Shown here in pieces: positions 62,370 through 64,000 of a DNA stretch of 64,000 bases; within the stretch, counting starts at the first letter, position 1; every line of letters starts with the position of its first letter. A program made the position numbers and the translations under genes. The notes under the pieces are model-generated. The model worked only from the letters and a program-made list of their open reading frames with translations. It was not told the origin of the DNA and ran no database searches. This DNA is from Macrostomum lignano. Lineage: Eukaryota. The stretch covers positions 68,313 to 132,312 of the forward strand of contig NIVC01002878.1 in the NCBI GenBank assembly GCA_002269645.1. The letters run 5' to 3'.

Positions 62370-63016
62370 AGTTGCTGCTCCAGCCTCCCAGATCCTCAGT
62401 TGCTGGGCCAGCCTCCCAGTGTCAGTTGCTGGGCCAGCCTCCCAGATCCCCAGTTGCTGGACCAGCCTCCCAGATCCCCAGTTGCTGGGCCAGCCTCCCA
62501 GATCCTCAGTTGCTGAGCCAGCCTCCCAGATCCTCAGTTGCTGAGCCAGCCTCCCAGATCCTCAGTTGCTGGGACAGCCTCCCAGATCCTCAGTTGCTGG
62601 GCCAGCCTCCCAGATCCTCAGTTGCTGGGACAGCCTCCCAGATCCTCAGTTGCTGGGACATGCAGCCTCCCAGATCCTCAGTTGCTGAGCCAGCCTCCCA
62701 GATCCTCAGTTGCTGGGACAGCCTCCCAGATCCTCAGTTTCTGGGCCAGCCTCCCAGATCCTCAGTTGCTGGGACATGCAGCCTCCCAGATCCTCAGTTG
62801 CTGAGCCAGCCTCCCAGAGTGTCAGTTGCTGGGCCAGCCTCCCAGATCCCCAGTTGTTGGGCCAGCCTCCCAGATCCTCAGTTGCTGGGCCAGCCTCCCA
62901 GACCCTCAGTTGCTGAGCCAGCCTCCCAGAGTGTCAGTTGCTGAGCCAACCTCCCAGATCCTCAGTTGCTGAGCCAGCCTCCCAGATCCTCAGTTGCTGG
63001 GCCAGCCTCCCAGATC
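62370..63016. repeat. 28-bp minisatellite CAGATCCTCAGTTGCTGGGCCAGCCTCC
   Basis: Same unit as 44105-44490. Confidence 0.95.
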
Positions 63017-63845
63017 TTCTATTACATATTTTAGTCAACACAGTTAAAAACTGTATTTTTAACCTGGTGAATCTGTAATTAGTAAAAGCACTAAATCAAA
63101 TATTAAAGCACTTTTATCGCATGTATTTTATTTTTTTGCCTTGAATTTCTTAATGTAAATTTGTCAATACATTTTAAAGCTTTCCTTTGATCTCATTGCT
63201 ATTGGATTGGCACCCAGTCTCATCTCTATCAAGCAGTTGTAACTTCGTATTACATTCTAGAACTAACACCACTCTGTCACGTGCTGCGTTAATGCTTTTC
63301 TCTTCTTGTGCGTCAAACTCTATTATTCTATTTCGTTAGTTTTATACTACTTAGTAATTGAATTCCCGGCTTCAGTAGTACGCTGCGCCTATGTAACCAA
63401 TACGAACTATTTTTGTGTGATTTTTGCCCGTTCACCTGCAGATGTTTTTATTCAGTTTCTATATTTTTTCTTCAATATATTTAAACGCACTGTTTCATGT
63501 AGTACAGCTGCGTTAGGCACCCTTTTTTGTCTGACCTCTACTTCTGTCCGATTTCTCTTCTACTGCTACTTGAAGTACTATAAAGTTCAGCTGCGTATAC
63601 TAGCAATTACTTGTAGATCGCTTAGCCCAGAGAGTGATTCACTTGTTAAAACAATTTGTCTATCAAAGAGGAAATTAAAAATTACAATAATTTTTTCCCG
63701 GCCCGCCCGGCTTTCCTGTTTTTGTTTTGTTCTTTGTTGTCATGACTTCTTCTTTGTTACTTTTTCATTTTGGCGAATAGACTGTTTTGCTGTGTTTTAG
63801 ATAGTTCGTCTTTCTGTTAAGACTCCATTCTGCACTATCCTTTCT

Positions 63846-64000
63846 CAAATCCTCAGTTGCTGGGCCAGCTCCAAGAGTGTCAGTTGCTGGGCCAGCCTCC
63901 CAGATCCTCAGTTGCTGGACCAGCCCCCCCAGATCCCCAGTTGCTGGGCCAGCCTCCCAGATCCTCAGTTGCTGGCCAGCCTTCAGATCCCCAGTTGCTG
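63846..64000. repeat. 28-bp minisatellite, same family, runs off window end
   Basis: Tandem copies visible. Confidence 0.92.

Noticed and set aside
63306-63800. 164-aa ORF with TTG start
   Set aside because: T-rich low-information sequence, no domain or splice support.

Overview
Eukaryotic, spliced (GT-AG), repeat-rich animal genomic DNA. The style (polyQ proteins, a different minisatellite in almost every intron) suggests an invertebrate such as a free-living flatworm, but that is inference only. There are no prokaryotic features, rRNA, true tRNA or CRISPR. Seven host genes were reconstructed by hand: a low-complexity orphan (partial, minus), a PRKX-type PKA-family kinase (plus), a convergent AKAP7-like 2H-phosphoesterase-domain gene whose two catalytic motifs are degenerate (minus), a claudin/PMP22-like four-TM protein (plus), a polyQ/coiled-coil orphan (minus), a redox-inactive ER thioredoxin-fold membrane protein (minus), and a ~1380-aa receptor with 7 C-type lectin domains + kringle + TM + FxNPxY and one frameshift (plus). 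The 19.4-36.2 kb block is a nest of insertions in a 40-bp satellite. It holds a head-to-tail pair of non-autonomous Helitrons carrying telomere-like repeats, and an apparently intact 9.4-kb CMC/EnSpm-like transposon (11-bp TIR, AT TSD) with divergent transposase and DUF4806-like genes. Several MITEs with verifiable TIR/TSD, two SINEs and about 15 tandem arrays are also present.
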